The notes beneath the pieces were generated by a model. That model was not told the origin of the DNA. It searched no databases and worked only from the letters and a program-made list of their open reading frames with translations. Both the position numbers and the translations under genes were made by a program. A stretch of DNA of 64,000 bases from Ostreococcus lucimarinus (taxonomy: Eukaryota). Shown here in pieces: positions 52,342 through 62,929 of the stretch; the stretch's first letter is position 1; each line of letters begins with the position of its first letter. Where the stretch lies: NCBI GenBank assembly GCA_000092065.1, contig CP000590.1. One strand, given 5' to 3'.

Positions 52342-53616
52342 CTAGTCGTCGATACCACACTTCAAGTTGGCTGGGAGCGACTCGTCGATTTTCTTTGGGT
52401 ACGCCAAATTCAAGTTGCTCATGATTTCTACGAACTCCTCTTTGGTCTTCTTCAACCCTAATCGCGGGTTGAGCTCTTTTTCCTCACCGATCGTACTCAC
52501 CATACGCCCCTTGTAGTCGTGCGCTGGATACACGAGCGTCTCGTCGGGGAGTTCGAAGAGTTGAGTGCGCACCGAGTCGTATAGTTTTTCGCTCGAACCA
52601 CCTTGGAAATCGGTTCGACCGCATCCACGAATGAGTAACGCGTCGCCCGTGAAGACCATATTATCGCACACGTAGCTCACGCATCCGTCGGTGTGCCCCG
52701 GAGTCGCGCGGACTTCCAAGTTGATGACGTTGGAATCGGCGCCGAAAGAAATCACGTCGCCGTGCTTGATGTGCACGTCTGCGCGCGCGCCTGAAGACTC
52801 TGCGATGACGCTTTGCAGACCGGTGACTTTCGCCTTCAAATCACCGCTGCCCGTGATGTGATCGGCGTGGCAGTGCGTGTTGATGGCGTACTTGAGCTTC
52901 AAGCCCAAATCGTTGACAACCGCCAAATCACGGTCCACCATCTCCTTCAACGGATCGATTAACACCGCCTCCTTGCTCACCGGGTCCCCCAATAAGTACG
53001 TGTACGTCGAGCTCCCGCTTGTGTCGAACAACTGTCGGAAAATCAACCCTGCATCCGGGCGCAACCCCTCGCGCACGAAATCCGCCAACGGCGGCTTGGA
53101 GAAAAACTTCAAGTCCATCGCTCTCGCGCGTTGCAACGCCCCCGCCTGCGGCCATCGCTGCTCGCGAGCCTTGAACAGTATATACGCCATACTCGCTCGC
53201 GTTGCCGTCGAGCACTGCACCATCGTCGGTCGCGGTAACGCCTCCATGGCGTCCGCCAGCTTCTTCGCCAAGCCTCGCGTGAGCGTCGCGCCCTCCACGA
53301 CGAATTGTTTAAACCCATCGCCGAGCGCTTTCTTCGCCGCCGCCGGAAACGCGGCGTCGCTCTCGGCGTTCATGTATATCCACGACTTGAACTCACCCTC
53401 GCTCAGCGCTCGATCGACGTCCGCGGCGGAGAGATCGCCGACGAGCGTGATTCGTTCGCTCGAGAATTCTCGCGCGTGCGGTAAGTCGAGCGGCATCGTC
53501 CGCGTGAGACGACGCAGAAGCGCGAACGGGGGCCGGGAGACTCGAAACGAGACACCGCGAGGGTTCGTCGAGGGGCTGGATGCGAGTCGTGAGCACAGGG
53601 ACGCCGTGACGCGCAT
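52342..53616 (-). CDS. ETHE1: ETHE1-type persulfide dioxygenase (metallo-beta-lactamase fold) with an N-terminal DUF442/phosphatase-like (rhodanese-related) domain and a presequence
   Basis: C-terminal domain: [62 protein letters not shown]-terminal about 170 aa contain QCSTATRAS (Cys-X4-Arg). Start ATG at 53616 or 53496; the listed 53721 is a GTG. Confidence 0.75.
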   Translation of the reverse strand: MRVTASLCSRLASSPSTNPRGVSFRVSRPPFALLRRLTRTMPLDLPHAREFSSERITLVGDLSAADVDRALSEGEFKSWIYMNAESDAAFPAAAKKALGDGFKQFVVEGATLTRGLAKKLADAMEALPRPTMVQCSTATRASMAYILFKAREQRWPQAGALQRARAMDLKFFSKPPLADFVREGLRPDAGLIFRQLFDTSGSSTYTYLLGDPVSKEAVLIDPLKEMVDRDLAVVNDLGLKLKYAINTHCHADHITGSGDLKAKVTGLQSVIAESSGARADVHIKHGDVISFGADSNVINLEVRATPGHTDGCVSYVCDNMVFTGDALLIRGCGRTDFQGGSSEKLYDSVRTQLFELPDETLVYPAHDYKGRMVSTIGEEKELNPRLGLKKTKEEFVEIMSNLNLAYPKKIDESLPANLKCGIDD

Positions 53617-53893
53617 GGGTGTGCCTGTGGCGCGCGATGGCGCGTCCGGGCGGCACCGCAGTCGGCACCGAGATGTGGAATCGACGCCGAGGGCGAGTTC
53701 GCGAGCGCGAGAGCGCGGCACGCGATCGACGGCGCGCGAAAACCAAACGACACGAGAGGAAGGGTAAAACGCGATGGAACGAGAACGAGAACGAGCGAAC
53801 GCGAGAGCGGTCGACGCGACGGCGCGCGCGCCGAGGCGCGGAAACGACTACGTGTTCGACGGTCGGCCACCACAAAACTAAACTTAACCGCGC

Positions 53894-54388
53894 CTACACC
53901 GCGCGCATCAACAGATAAATCCTATCATCGATCTCAATCTCCTGCAAATTCTTCGGATCGGCCTTCAAGTTCATCAATAATCCACCGAAGGAGATGTACG
54001 CGCTCGCGCGAGTCAATCCTCCCGCGTTTTCGTCGACCTTTTTGTAACACTTCCCGTACATCACGTACTCGTACCCATCCGCCAGCGACGGCTTCCCGCT
54101 CTGATCGAACGCGTCGTCTTCCGGAGTTCCATCCAGCGACAGCGTCGGCGCGAGCGCCAGGGAGAATCTCTGTCCGACCGTCAACGGGTACACGTCGACG
54201 TTGACGTCGATCGTGAGCTCTGCGTCGAATTCGCTTCGGCACTTGTACCTCGACACGCGATCGAATTTCTTTCCATCCGGATCGCGATCGATGACTTCAA
54301 ACATATCCTCGTACTTCGTCGCCCCCCCCGCGGTGGCTTTCTGCGCCGTCGCCGCCGCGGCGGCGGATTTCTTTTTACTTCCCGCCAT
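53894..54388 (-). CDS. RPB8: RNA polymerase I/II/III common subunit RPB8 (RPABC3)
   Basis: FEVIDRDPDGKKFDRVSRYKC...LADGYEYVMYGKCYK...SFGGLLMNL...IYLLMR aligns end to end with RPB8. ATG at 54388. Confidence 0.85.
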   Translation of the reverse strand: MAGSKKKSAAAAATAQKATAGGATKYEDMFEVIDRDPDGKKFDRVSRYKCRSEFDAELTIDVNVDVYPLTVGQRFSLALAPTLSLDGTPEDDAFDQSGKPSLADGYEYVMYGKCYKKVDENAGGLTRASAYISFGGLLMNLKADPKNLQEIEIDDRIYLLMRAV

Positions 54389-54620
54389 GCGCGTCGTTGA
54401 TTCTCGTGCCGCGTTCCGCGCGACGCCGGCGTTCGCGCCTCGACGATCGCGCGCTTCGAGCGCGACGACGCGACGCGGCCGCCTTCGCGCGACGCTCGAC
54501 GTTCGCGCGGGCGGTCGCGCGCGAGAGTGCGGTCGCGGTCGCGGCGCGGAATCTCGCAGGGTTACGGCGACGCCCACCCGCGCAAACAGTGCGACACCGA
54601 CGACGCCGACCGCGCGCCCG

Positions 54621-54650
54621 TTTTTCGCGCGTTTTTCGTCGCGAAAAACC
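54621..54650. promoter_or_regulatory. Near-palindromic tttttcgcgcgtttttcgtcgcgaaaaacc element 50-80 bp upstream of the HSP90 ATG (possible heat-shock-element-like site)
   Basis: Inverted nTTCn/nGAAn arms read from the sequence. Function inferred only from position in the HSP90/RPB8 divergent promoter. Confidence 0.25.
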
Positions 54651-54700
54651 GGCACCGACGCGCGGTCGCGTCACACCGCGACGCGCGACGCGAACGCACC

Positions 54701-57319
54701 ATGAGCGAAGACACCGAAACCTTCGCCTTCCAGGCCGAGATCAACCAGCTGTTGTCGTTGATCATCAACGTGCGTCTCGACGCCGACCGCGACCGCGCGC
54801 GCGCCGCGAACGATCGCGGCGTCGCGACGCGCATCGCGATGGCGCGTCGCGGGACGACGGCGCGTCGAACGCATCGACGCGCTCGCGACGCGAGCGAACG
54901 ACTGACGAGGAAATCGTGGATTCGAAACGATCGCAGACGTTTTATTCCAACAAGGAAATCTTCTTGCGCGAGCTCATCAGGTGCGAGGCGCGAACGGCGA
55001 CGCGATTCGCGCGCGATGGCGATCGACGCATCGCGATGCGATGGCGGCGGTTGACTTTACGCGATGACGATGCGCGCGGGCGGGCGCGGGGGGGACGGAC
55101 GCGAGCGCGCGATGCGTGAGAATTCGTTTCGACGGGCGCGCGCGCGGGCGAGGACGCGCGCGCGAGGGATGGGGTAGAAAACGCGCGATCGTGATTCGGG
55201 CGTGCGTTTTCGAGTCATCTTCCAGAAGGGTGAAGAAGGCGCGACGGCGAGGACGAGCGGCGGCGCGCGCGAGCGAGACGCTTGGACGAACGGTGTGACT
55301 GACGACGAACGGTGTGTACGCGCGAATAATAGTAACTCTTCCGATGCGCTCGATAAGATTCGATTCGAGGGCTTGACGGATAAGTCCAAGCTCGAGTCCC
55401 AACCCGAGCTGTTCATTCACGTCGTGCCGGACAAGACGAATAACACGCTGACCATCATCGATAGCGGCGTGGGGATGACCAAGGCGGATCTCGTGAACAA
55501 TCTCGGTACGATCGCGCGTTCTGGTACGAAAGCGTTCATGGAAGCGCTCACCGCGGGGGCGGATATCTCGATGATTGGCCAGTTCGGCGTCGGTTTCTAC
55601 TCGTCGTACTTGGTCGCCGAAAAGGTCGTCGTGTACACCAAGCACAACGACGACGAGGGCTACCGATGGGAATCTCAAGCCGGTGGTTCGTTCACGGTGA
55701 CCAAGGACGCGTCCGCGAACGAACTCGGTCGTGGTACGAAGATGGTGCTTCACTTGAAGGATGATCAGCTCGAGTACCTCGAGGAGCGCCGCCTGAAGGA
55801 TTTGGTCAAGAAGCACTCTGAATTCATCTCGTACCCGATTTCGCTTTGGACCGAGAAGACGACCGAGAAGGAAGTCTCCGACGACGAAGCCGAGGAGGCT
55901 GGCGAGGAAGAAGAGGGCAAGATCACCGAAATCAAGGACGAGGGTGACGAGGTCAAGGAGAAGAAGACGAAGACGATCAAGGAAGTTTCTCACGAGTGGG
56001 CCATCATGAACAAGCAAAAGCCGATTTGGATGCGCGTGCCGGAAGAAATCACCAAGGATGAGTATGCTGCGTTCTACAAGTCGCTCACCAACGATTGGGA
56101 AGAGCAACTTGCGGTGAAGCACTTCGCCGTCGAAGGTCAATTGGAGTTCAAGTCGGTGCTCTTCGTCCCGAAGCGCGCGCCGTTTGATATGTTCGACGGC
56201 AAGAAGAAGTCGAACAACATCAAGTTGTACGTCCGTCGCGTTTTCATCATGGACAACTGCGAGGACATCATTCCGGAATACTTGGGCTTCGTTAAGGGCA
56301 TCGTCGACTCCGAAGATTTGCCGCTCAACATTTCTCGCGAAATGCTCCAGCAAAACAAGATTCTCAAGGTTATCAAGAAGAACATCGTCAAGAAGTGCCT
56401 CGAGATGTTCAATGAAATCGCCGAGAACAAGGATGACTACACCAAGTTCTACGAATCTTTCGGCAAGAACTTGAAGCTCGGTATTCACGAAGATGCGCAA
56501 AACCGCAGCAAGATCGCTGAGTTGATCCGATACTCTTCCACCAAGTCTGGCGAAGAGCAAACGTCGCTCAAGGATTACGTCACGCGCATGAAGGAGGGCC
56601 AAAAGGACATCTACTACATTACCGGCGAATCCAAGAAGGCGGTCGAGAACTCTCCGTTCATCGAGAAGCTCAAGAAGCGTGGCTACGAAGTTCTCTTCAT
56701 GACCGATCCGATCGACGAGTATGCGGTGCAACAGCTCAAGGAGTACGACGGCAAGAAGCTCGTCTCCGTCACCAAGGAAGGTCTGGAGCTCGACGAAACC
56801 GAGGAAGAGAAGAAGCAAAAGGAGGAAGTCAAGGCGCAATACGAGAACTTGTGCCGATTGATCAAGGACATCTTGGGCGACAAGATCGAGAAGTGCGTCG
56901 TCTCCGACCGCGTCGTCGACTCCCCGTGCGTGCTCGTCACCGGCGAATACGGCTGGAGCGCCAACATGGAGCGCATCATGAAGGCGCAAGCGCTTCGCGA
57001 CAACTCCATGGGTAGCTACATGTCGAGCAAGAAGACGATGGAAATCAATCCGGATAACTCCATCATGAAGGAGTTGCGCAAGCGCGCCGATGCGGACAAG
57101 GGTGACAAGACTGTCAAGGATTTGGTCCTCCTCGTATTCGAAACTGCGATGCTCACCTCTGGCTTCTCCTTGGACGAGCCGACGACGTTCGGCGGTCGCA
57201 TCCACCGCATGATCAAGCTCGGTCTCTCCATCGATGAGGACGACGCCCCGGCGGTTGATGACTTGCCCGCGCTCGAGGAAGAAGTCGACGAAGGTTCCCG
57301 CATGGAAGAAGTCGATTAA
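54701..57319 (+). CDS. HSP90: Cytosolic HSP90. Three exons, join(54701..54769, 54937..54980, 55333..57319), 699 aa.
   Basis: Exon 1 [23 protein letters not shown], exon 2 [14 protein letters not shown](S), exon 3 [14 protein letters not shown]... to the C-terminal MEEVD. Both introns have GTGCG donors and ACTGAC branch sites (54901..54906 and 55298..55303), 28 and 27 nt before their AGs. Splice phases are consistent. Confidence 0.9.
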
Positions 57320-57565
57320 TCGCCGCGCGCAGCAGTTGTGTTGACAAAAACGAGAGCGCCGCGTCGGCGGCGAGGATAATAGAAGAAAATACGCACCCCT
57401 CCTTACGAGGCGTCGAGATATACACCATCAACGTGATGTAACGTCAGATTCACGCGCACACGATTCATTCGCTCGACCGCCCTCTCGTCCGCTACGCGCT
57501 CGAACCAGCCCGGCCCAACACCGTCGCGACGAGCGCGACGCGCCGCACACGCCGCCTCCGTCGGC

Positions 57566-58860
57566 ATGGCGCCCGATCGCCGACCCCCCGACGGCAAATG
57601 GGCGCGCGCGCGCATCACGCGGCCGACGTTCGGCGCCATGGCGTCATCCATAGGCGCTGTGGTCGTCCCCGTCGCGATCGCGATGGCGCTCTGCGTGTGG
57701 TTGGTGACGCTGTTGCGCGGTGACGCCACCGAAGACGCGGAGGCGACGAGCGGTGGGGTGATCTCGGCGGTGTACACCGAAAAGGTACGACGATTTAAGA
57801 CGCGCGCGCGGCGAACGGACGATTGAACGACGCGTGGGATGGGAAAACCTGATGTTGGCGCGCCGCGAGAGGGTGTTGAGACGCGGAAACGCGACCTCAT
57901 CGACGATGATACTGACGCACGCGATGTGATTTCGCGAGTAAACAGAGCGGTGATAGCGAGTACGTCAAATTTACGGGTAGTGTGGAGAACGCGGCGGTGT
58001 TCGTGGGGTTCATTACCGCCATGACGTTTGCCCTTTTTCTGCTCTTCAAGTATCGAATGGGCAAGGTGATTTGGGCGTACATGGGCTTCAGCGGATTGTT
58101 GATATTCGGCGTGCTCGGGGGAAATATTCTCATGCGAGTGCTGCAAAAGTTAGATATAGCGATAGATATGGTGACGGTGGGGCTGCTGATGTGGAATTTC
58201 TCAATCGGCGGCGTGCTGATGACATTTTTCTGGCACGGACCTCTGGTGGTGAAGCAAGGATATTTAATTTGTGTGTCCACGATCGTGTCGTTTTACTTCA
58301 CGCAGATTCCCGAGTGGACGACGTGGTCGCTTTTGATCGCGATGGCGCTGTACGATCTGTACGCCGTGCTCACGCCGAACGGGCCGCTCAGGTTGATGGT
58401 GGAGTTGGCGCAAGAGCGCGACGAAGACATTCCCGCGCTCGTGTACGAATCAAGGGGCGGAAGTTTCGGCGACGCGCGCGCTCGCGCGCGGCAAAATTCT
58501 GGTGTATCGGGCGAGGCAGTCGGGGCCGATGGGTCGCCGTACGATCCGTCGTTGGAAGCCGACGACGAAGACGGTGAGTTCGGACTTCCCGATTCCATCA
58601 AACTCGGTCTCGGAGATTTCATCTTCTACAGCGTCCTCGTCGGTCGAGCGGCGATGTGGTCTCCGATCACGTGCGCGTTTTGTTTCATCGCCGTGCTGCT
58701 TGGTTTAGTGCTCACGCTCGTCGCCCTCGGCATGTACGGCAAGGCGCTTCCCGCGCTCCCCGTGTCCATCGCCCTGGGCTCGGCGACGTACTTTCTCTCT
58801 CGATTTTTCCTCGAGCCCGCGATCGTGCAGTCCTACGCCAGGCACTTCCTGTGCGAATAG
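57566..58860 (+). CDS. Presenilin (GxGD intramembrane aspartyl protease). Probably two exons, join(57566..57784, 57946..58860).
   Basis: Catalytic motifs LYDLYAVLTPNGPLR (YD), KLGLGDFIFYSVLVG (GLGD) and PALPVSIALG (PAL). Exon 1 encodes TM1 ending ...VYTEK. The intron has a GTACGA donor and branch ACTGAC at 57911..57916. Confidence 0.7.
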
Positions 58861-59045
58861 CGCGCGACTCGAATATTTCCCGACGACTCGCGTCGTCGTC
58901 GCCATCCGTAGAATGTAAACTTAGCCAGCCGCGTATTCCGCGCGTCGCGTCCGCCGCGCCCCGACCGGCCCTGGACGACGCGTCCCCACACCCGCGCGCG
59001 CGCCCGGTCGCGCCGATCGCCCCGTCGCGCTCGATTTCGACCGCG

Positions 59046-59557
59046 ATGTCCCTCGTCGTCGCGCGCGCGTCGACGCGCGCGCCGACGCGCGCCGGCGCGT
59101 CCGCGCGTCCGTCCCATCCGTCCCGCTCGAGGTTTCCCGCTCGAGGTTTGTCCCCAGTCTGTCGAAGCTCGGCGAGCGGAGACGGCGTCCCCGACCCGAT
59201 CAGCGCGCGCGAGAAAGCCGACGCCGCGCGCAAAGCCCTGCAGGGCGCGCTCGGGAACAAGCGCGACGTCCTGAGCAAGTTCGACGGCGGAGGAAAGGGC
59301 GGCGGGCCGCTGGACTGGTTCTTCGGCGGCGGCGGCGGCGACGACGACGGCGAAAACGCGCAAGCGCGAAAAATCGCCAACTGGGTCTTCCTCGCCTTCG
59401 TGGTGCTTTTGTTGTTCAAACCAGTCACCGCGGTGATCGTGAATGCGGTGTATTACGCGTTCGGGTGGCGCACGGGACGAGAGGCGCCGACGGAGGCGGA
59501 GCTCGCGGCGATGAACGCGCCCGCGGACGCGAGCGTGATATCAAAGTACGCCGCCGA

Positions 59558-59597
<40 letters not shown>

Positions 59598-59600
59598 TAG
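59046..59600 (+). CDS. Hypothetical membrane protein with an organellar-type presequence and a C-terminal poly-Asp tail
   Basis: MSLVVARASTRAPTRAG... presequence, one TM (IANWVFLAFVVLLLF), and a (GAC)n microsatellite encoding D13 at about 59560-59597. Confidence 0.35.
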
Positions 59601-59727
59601 TTAAATTTGTTTGTTGCTTGTATTAGACGTAACATCGTAGGCGGAGGTATTTCCCGCGGCGTCGTTCCGCGGCTCGTCGACGAAGCCGAGCGCGCCGCGC
59701 GCCCCTCCTCACATTCGCGCACGCACC

Positions 59728-60363
59728 ATGGTCAAGCAAATCGCCAGCGCGGAAGAATTCGCCGCCATTAAAGCGGCCGGTAAACCGGTGCGTGCGTCGA
59801 CGCGCGATCGCGCGCGAATCGACGTCGACCGCGACGCGATCGCACTCGGCACCGTCTCGGAATGCGAACGCGCGATCGACGCGCGCGACGCGACGTTCGT
59901 CGAGCGAGGCGCGCGCGCGCGGGTCTGAAACGTGCGCGTCGTCATCGCGCGTCGATGCGCGGCGTCGCGCTCGCGCTCCACGCGTCTGGAACGATGCATT
60001 CGAACGCGTCGCGCGGCGGCGATCGATCGATCGCCGCGCGAAAACCGACGCGAGCCGAGCGAAGACTGACGACGTCACGCCGCGAACGCGCGTCGCGCGA
60101 AACAGGTCGTCGTTGATTTCACCGCGAGCTGGTGCGGACCGTGCAAGTCCATCGCGCCGTTCTTCGAGGAATTGGCGGCCAAGTACCCAGAAGTTGAATT
60201 CGTCAAGATCGACGTCGACGAACTCGAAGACGTCGCGGCCGAGTGCGGAATCTCCGCGATGCCGACGTTCCAAGTGTACTCCAACGGCGTGAAGGTTTCT
60301 GAAATGACTGGTGCGGACAAGGACAAGCTGTCCGCGCTCGTCAAGGATGCCAACGAGTTGTAG
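59728..60363 (+). CDS. TRX: Thioredoxin (h-type). Two exons, join(59728..59787, 60106..60363), 106 aa.
   Basis: Exon 1 MVKQIASAEEFAAIKAAGKP and exon 2 VVVDFTASWCGPCKSIAPFF... join in phase to give a canonical 106-aa thioredoxin. Intron has donor GTGCGTGCGTC and branch ACTGAC at 60065..60070, 33 nt before the AG at 60104-60105. Confidence 0.9.
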
Positions 60364-60498
60364 GTGGATGAAGCGCGCGCTAGACGTACGAAAAGTTCAG
60401 GTGTAATCAGAGCGTCACTCGCGAACGTTTCAATTTATTTATCCGCTCGCGCGTTCGGGTTCCTTAATATTTCGCATTAAAATGAATCAAGCATTAAC

Positions 60499-61824
60499 CT
60501 AGGCCACGGGACTCCCGCCGTCGTCGTCGTCTCCGGACGGGAGCGAGGCCCCGGGCGGGCCCGTCGGACCGCGCGGCGTGGGGGTCAACAGTTTGGGGTT
60601 GTAACCGTCGATGTAAGTTTCGGATTGGCGCAAAAACGCGCCGAACGCCACGGCTTCGAGCACAAGGCGACGCTGCGACGCATATGCGAGCGTGAGCGTC
60701 TGTACTTTCTTCTCCGCGACCGCGTCGTTCACCGCATCCATGAGCTCTTCCGGGGTCACCGCGTTCATGCCCACCGCGTCTTGCATCTCGCGTTGCAAAT
60801 CTTCGATCGAACCGAACAACGCGCCGGTTTGGCGCTCGGCCACTTGTACGCCCTCCATGGAAACGATGCGCGCCGTTTGCGCCAACGTGGACTGATCAAA
60901 GTTCTGAATGTATTGCTTCAGAGTGAGTTGACTCCCCGTCCCGCTCGAGGGGGCGCTGTCGCTGAACAAGTCGAAATCCTCGCCGCCAAAGTTTTGCGGC
61001 GCCGCGTCAGCCTCGTCGATGGAATCCATCGCGCTGGCGCTGTTGAACAAGCGTTCGAGCGCCATGGCGCTCTCCATCGGGTCCATGGGCAAAGTGCCCA
61101 CCATGCGATCGAGCTGGAACCGCTTATCCGCGCGCGTGACAAAGTATCCAAACATGATCGACGCCGCGTACACCTGCGCCGCCTGAAGCTTGGACATCCG
61201 CACGAGCTGCGACGAGTACGCGTTCTCCCCCGCCCCTCCCAACACGGCCATCAGGTGTTCTCGCACCATGTCCAGCGCCTCCTTGCTGTGCACGCCGTCC
61301 GTCAACCGATTCAAATCGATCCCCTTCAGCATCGTCGTCTCGTCCAACGGCGGCAACATATCCACGCCGACGCTCAAAAACTTTTGAATGATCGTCGTGT
61401 ACATGATATCCTCCAGCCCGTTCCTCCGCTCCAGCGCCCGCACGTCCGCGATTCGTTTAAACAGCACCAACTGCTCCGTCTTCGCCTCCTCGCTCGCGCT
61501 CTTCGCCTCGCGTTCGACTTCCTCGCCCAGCCCGTCCAACTGCGAATCCACCGCCGCGTCGAACATCTCCGGCGCCGTTCGCAGTATGTACGCCAGCTGC
61601 TGCCCTCGCGGGCTCTCCGGCGTGCTCGGCGCTTTCAGTCCCGCCGCTGGATTCGTCTCCGCGTCCCCGAAGCCGTCGCCGCGTCCCGTCGCGCGCGCGC
61701 GTCCCGTCGCCCTCGCCCTCGCCGCGCGTCCCGCGTCCCATCGTCCGCGCGCGCGCGTCGCCGTCGCGCGCGCGCGCGCGCGCGTCGCCTCGAGCGTCGC
61801 TCGACCGATCGTCGCCGTCGCCAT
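60499..61824 (-). CDS. Conserved hypothetical protein, possibly DUF760-like and organelle-targeted
   Basis: Long unbiased ORF. N-terminal R/A/T-rich presequence. ATG at 61824; the listed 61887 is a TTG. Confidence 0.4.
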   Translation of the reverse strand: MATATIGRATLEATRARARATATRARGRWDAGRAARARATGRARATGRGDGFGDAETNPAAGLKAPSTPESPRGQQLAYILRTAPEMFDAAVDSQLDGLGEEVEREAKSASEEAKTEQLVLFKRIADVRALERRNGLEDIMYTTIIQKFLSVGVDMLPPLDETTMLKGIDLNRLTDGVHSKEALDMVREHLMAVLGGAGENAYSSQLVRMSKLQAAQVYAASIMFGYFVTRADKRFQLDRMVGTLPMDPMESAMALERLFNSASAMDSIDEADAAPQNFGGEDFDLFSDSAPSSGTGSQLTLKQYIQNFDQSTLAQTARIVSMEGVQVAERQTGALFGSIEDLQREMQDAVGMNAVTPEELMDAVNDAVAEKKVQTLTLAYASQRRLVLEAVAFGAFLRQSETYIDGYNPKLLTPTPRGPTGPPGASLPSGDDDDGGSPVA

Positions 61825-61949
61825 CGCCGTCGCGCGCGTCGTCGCGCCGCGTCGTCGTCTGTCGACGCGCGGCGAAACAATTTCCAAAACATTCGCGCGT
61901 CGCCACCGCGCGACGCGCGACGACGGCGACGCGCGCGCGTCGCGCGAGC

Positions 61950-62819
61950 ATGGCGACGCGCGCGCTTCGCGCGATGGCGACGCGCGCGACGCGCGCGACG
62001 GCGACGGCGACGCCGACGCTTCGACAATCGATGACGGCGCTCGTGCGACTCGTGCACCCGGACGTGCTCGCGGCGACGCACCCCGAGCACGCGCGCGCGA
62101 ACGGCGACGCGCTGGCGCACCTGCAGGGGACGCTGGACGACGCGCGCGGGCGAGGGGCGCTGCCGGGGGCGAGGGTGCGGCGATTGCGATTTTACGTGCG
62201 GGACGACGCGCGCGCGGAGGGCGTGCGAGACGTCGGGTTCACGCTGCGCACGACGGGAGGGGACTGTCGAAACGTGATGCGACGGGATTTGGGCGCGCTG
62301 TTCGCGCAGGTGGGGATCGAGCGGGAGTTCGAGTGGGGGGAGGGCGATTGGGGCGCGACGCGGACGGAGACGGAGGCGGAGGACGAAGGCGCGCGAGGAC
62401 GCGGGGAGGGCGAGACGTCGAGGTCGAGCGAGACGCCGGAGGTGGCGCAGGCGTACAGAGAACAGACGACGACGAACGCGGGGGGCGGTGGGACGCGGAC
62501 GAGGGACGTGCACGAGGCGCTCAAGGCGTTGGATCCCGCGTTCGAGGGCGTCGCCGCCGTCGCGTGGTTGCGCGACGCGAGCGAAAACGCGGACGAGGGC
62601 GAACGGAAGCGCATCGTCATGTTTGAGGTGATTCCGCATCTCGTGCGCGAGGGATGGAATCTGAAGGGCGAGACGCTGGAGGCGATTTGGCGCGGCGAAC
62701 GCGACGAGAAGGTTTTATTGGACGGGTTGGACGGCGGCAGCGCGTTGGCCGTCGTGTCCATTTTAAAGCACACGAAGAATCTCGAGCGCATGTACGGACC
62801 AGCGCCGCGGAAGGATTAG
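61950..62819 (+). CDS. Hypothetical protein, possibly DUF4460/DUF4461 (TCAIM-like) mitochondrial protein
   Basis: LVRLVHPDVLAATHPEHARANGDALAHLQ...RRLRFYVRDD resembles the DUF4460 HPD motif. Low confidence. Confidence 0.3.
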   Translation: MATRALRAMATRATRATATATPTLRQSMTALVRLVHPDVLAATHPEHARANGDALAHLQGTLDDARGRGALPGARVRRLRFYVRDDARAEGVRDVGFTLRTTGGDCRNVMRRDLGALFAQVGIEREFEWGEGDWGATRTETEAEDEGARGRGEGETSRSSETPEVAQAYREQTTTNAGGGGTRTRDVHEALKALDPAFEGVAAVAWLRDASENADEGERKRIVMFEVIPHLVREGWNLKGETLEAIWRGERDEKVLLDGLDGGSALAVVSILKHTKNLERMYGPAPRKD

Positions 62820-62929
62820 GACGTAGAATCGATCGTCCGCTAGGTACGAGTAGGTAGCGCTTGTGTAAATAGTTAGCGAAAGATGTCGAGGTGATGTATC
62901 GTTACAAACAAGTGCGTCGTCGTGATAAT

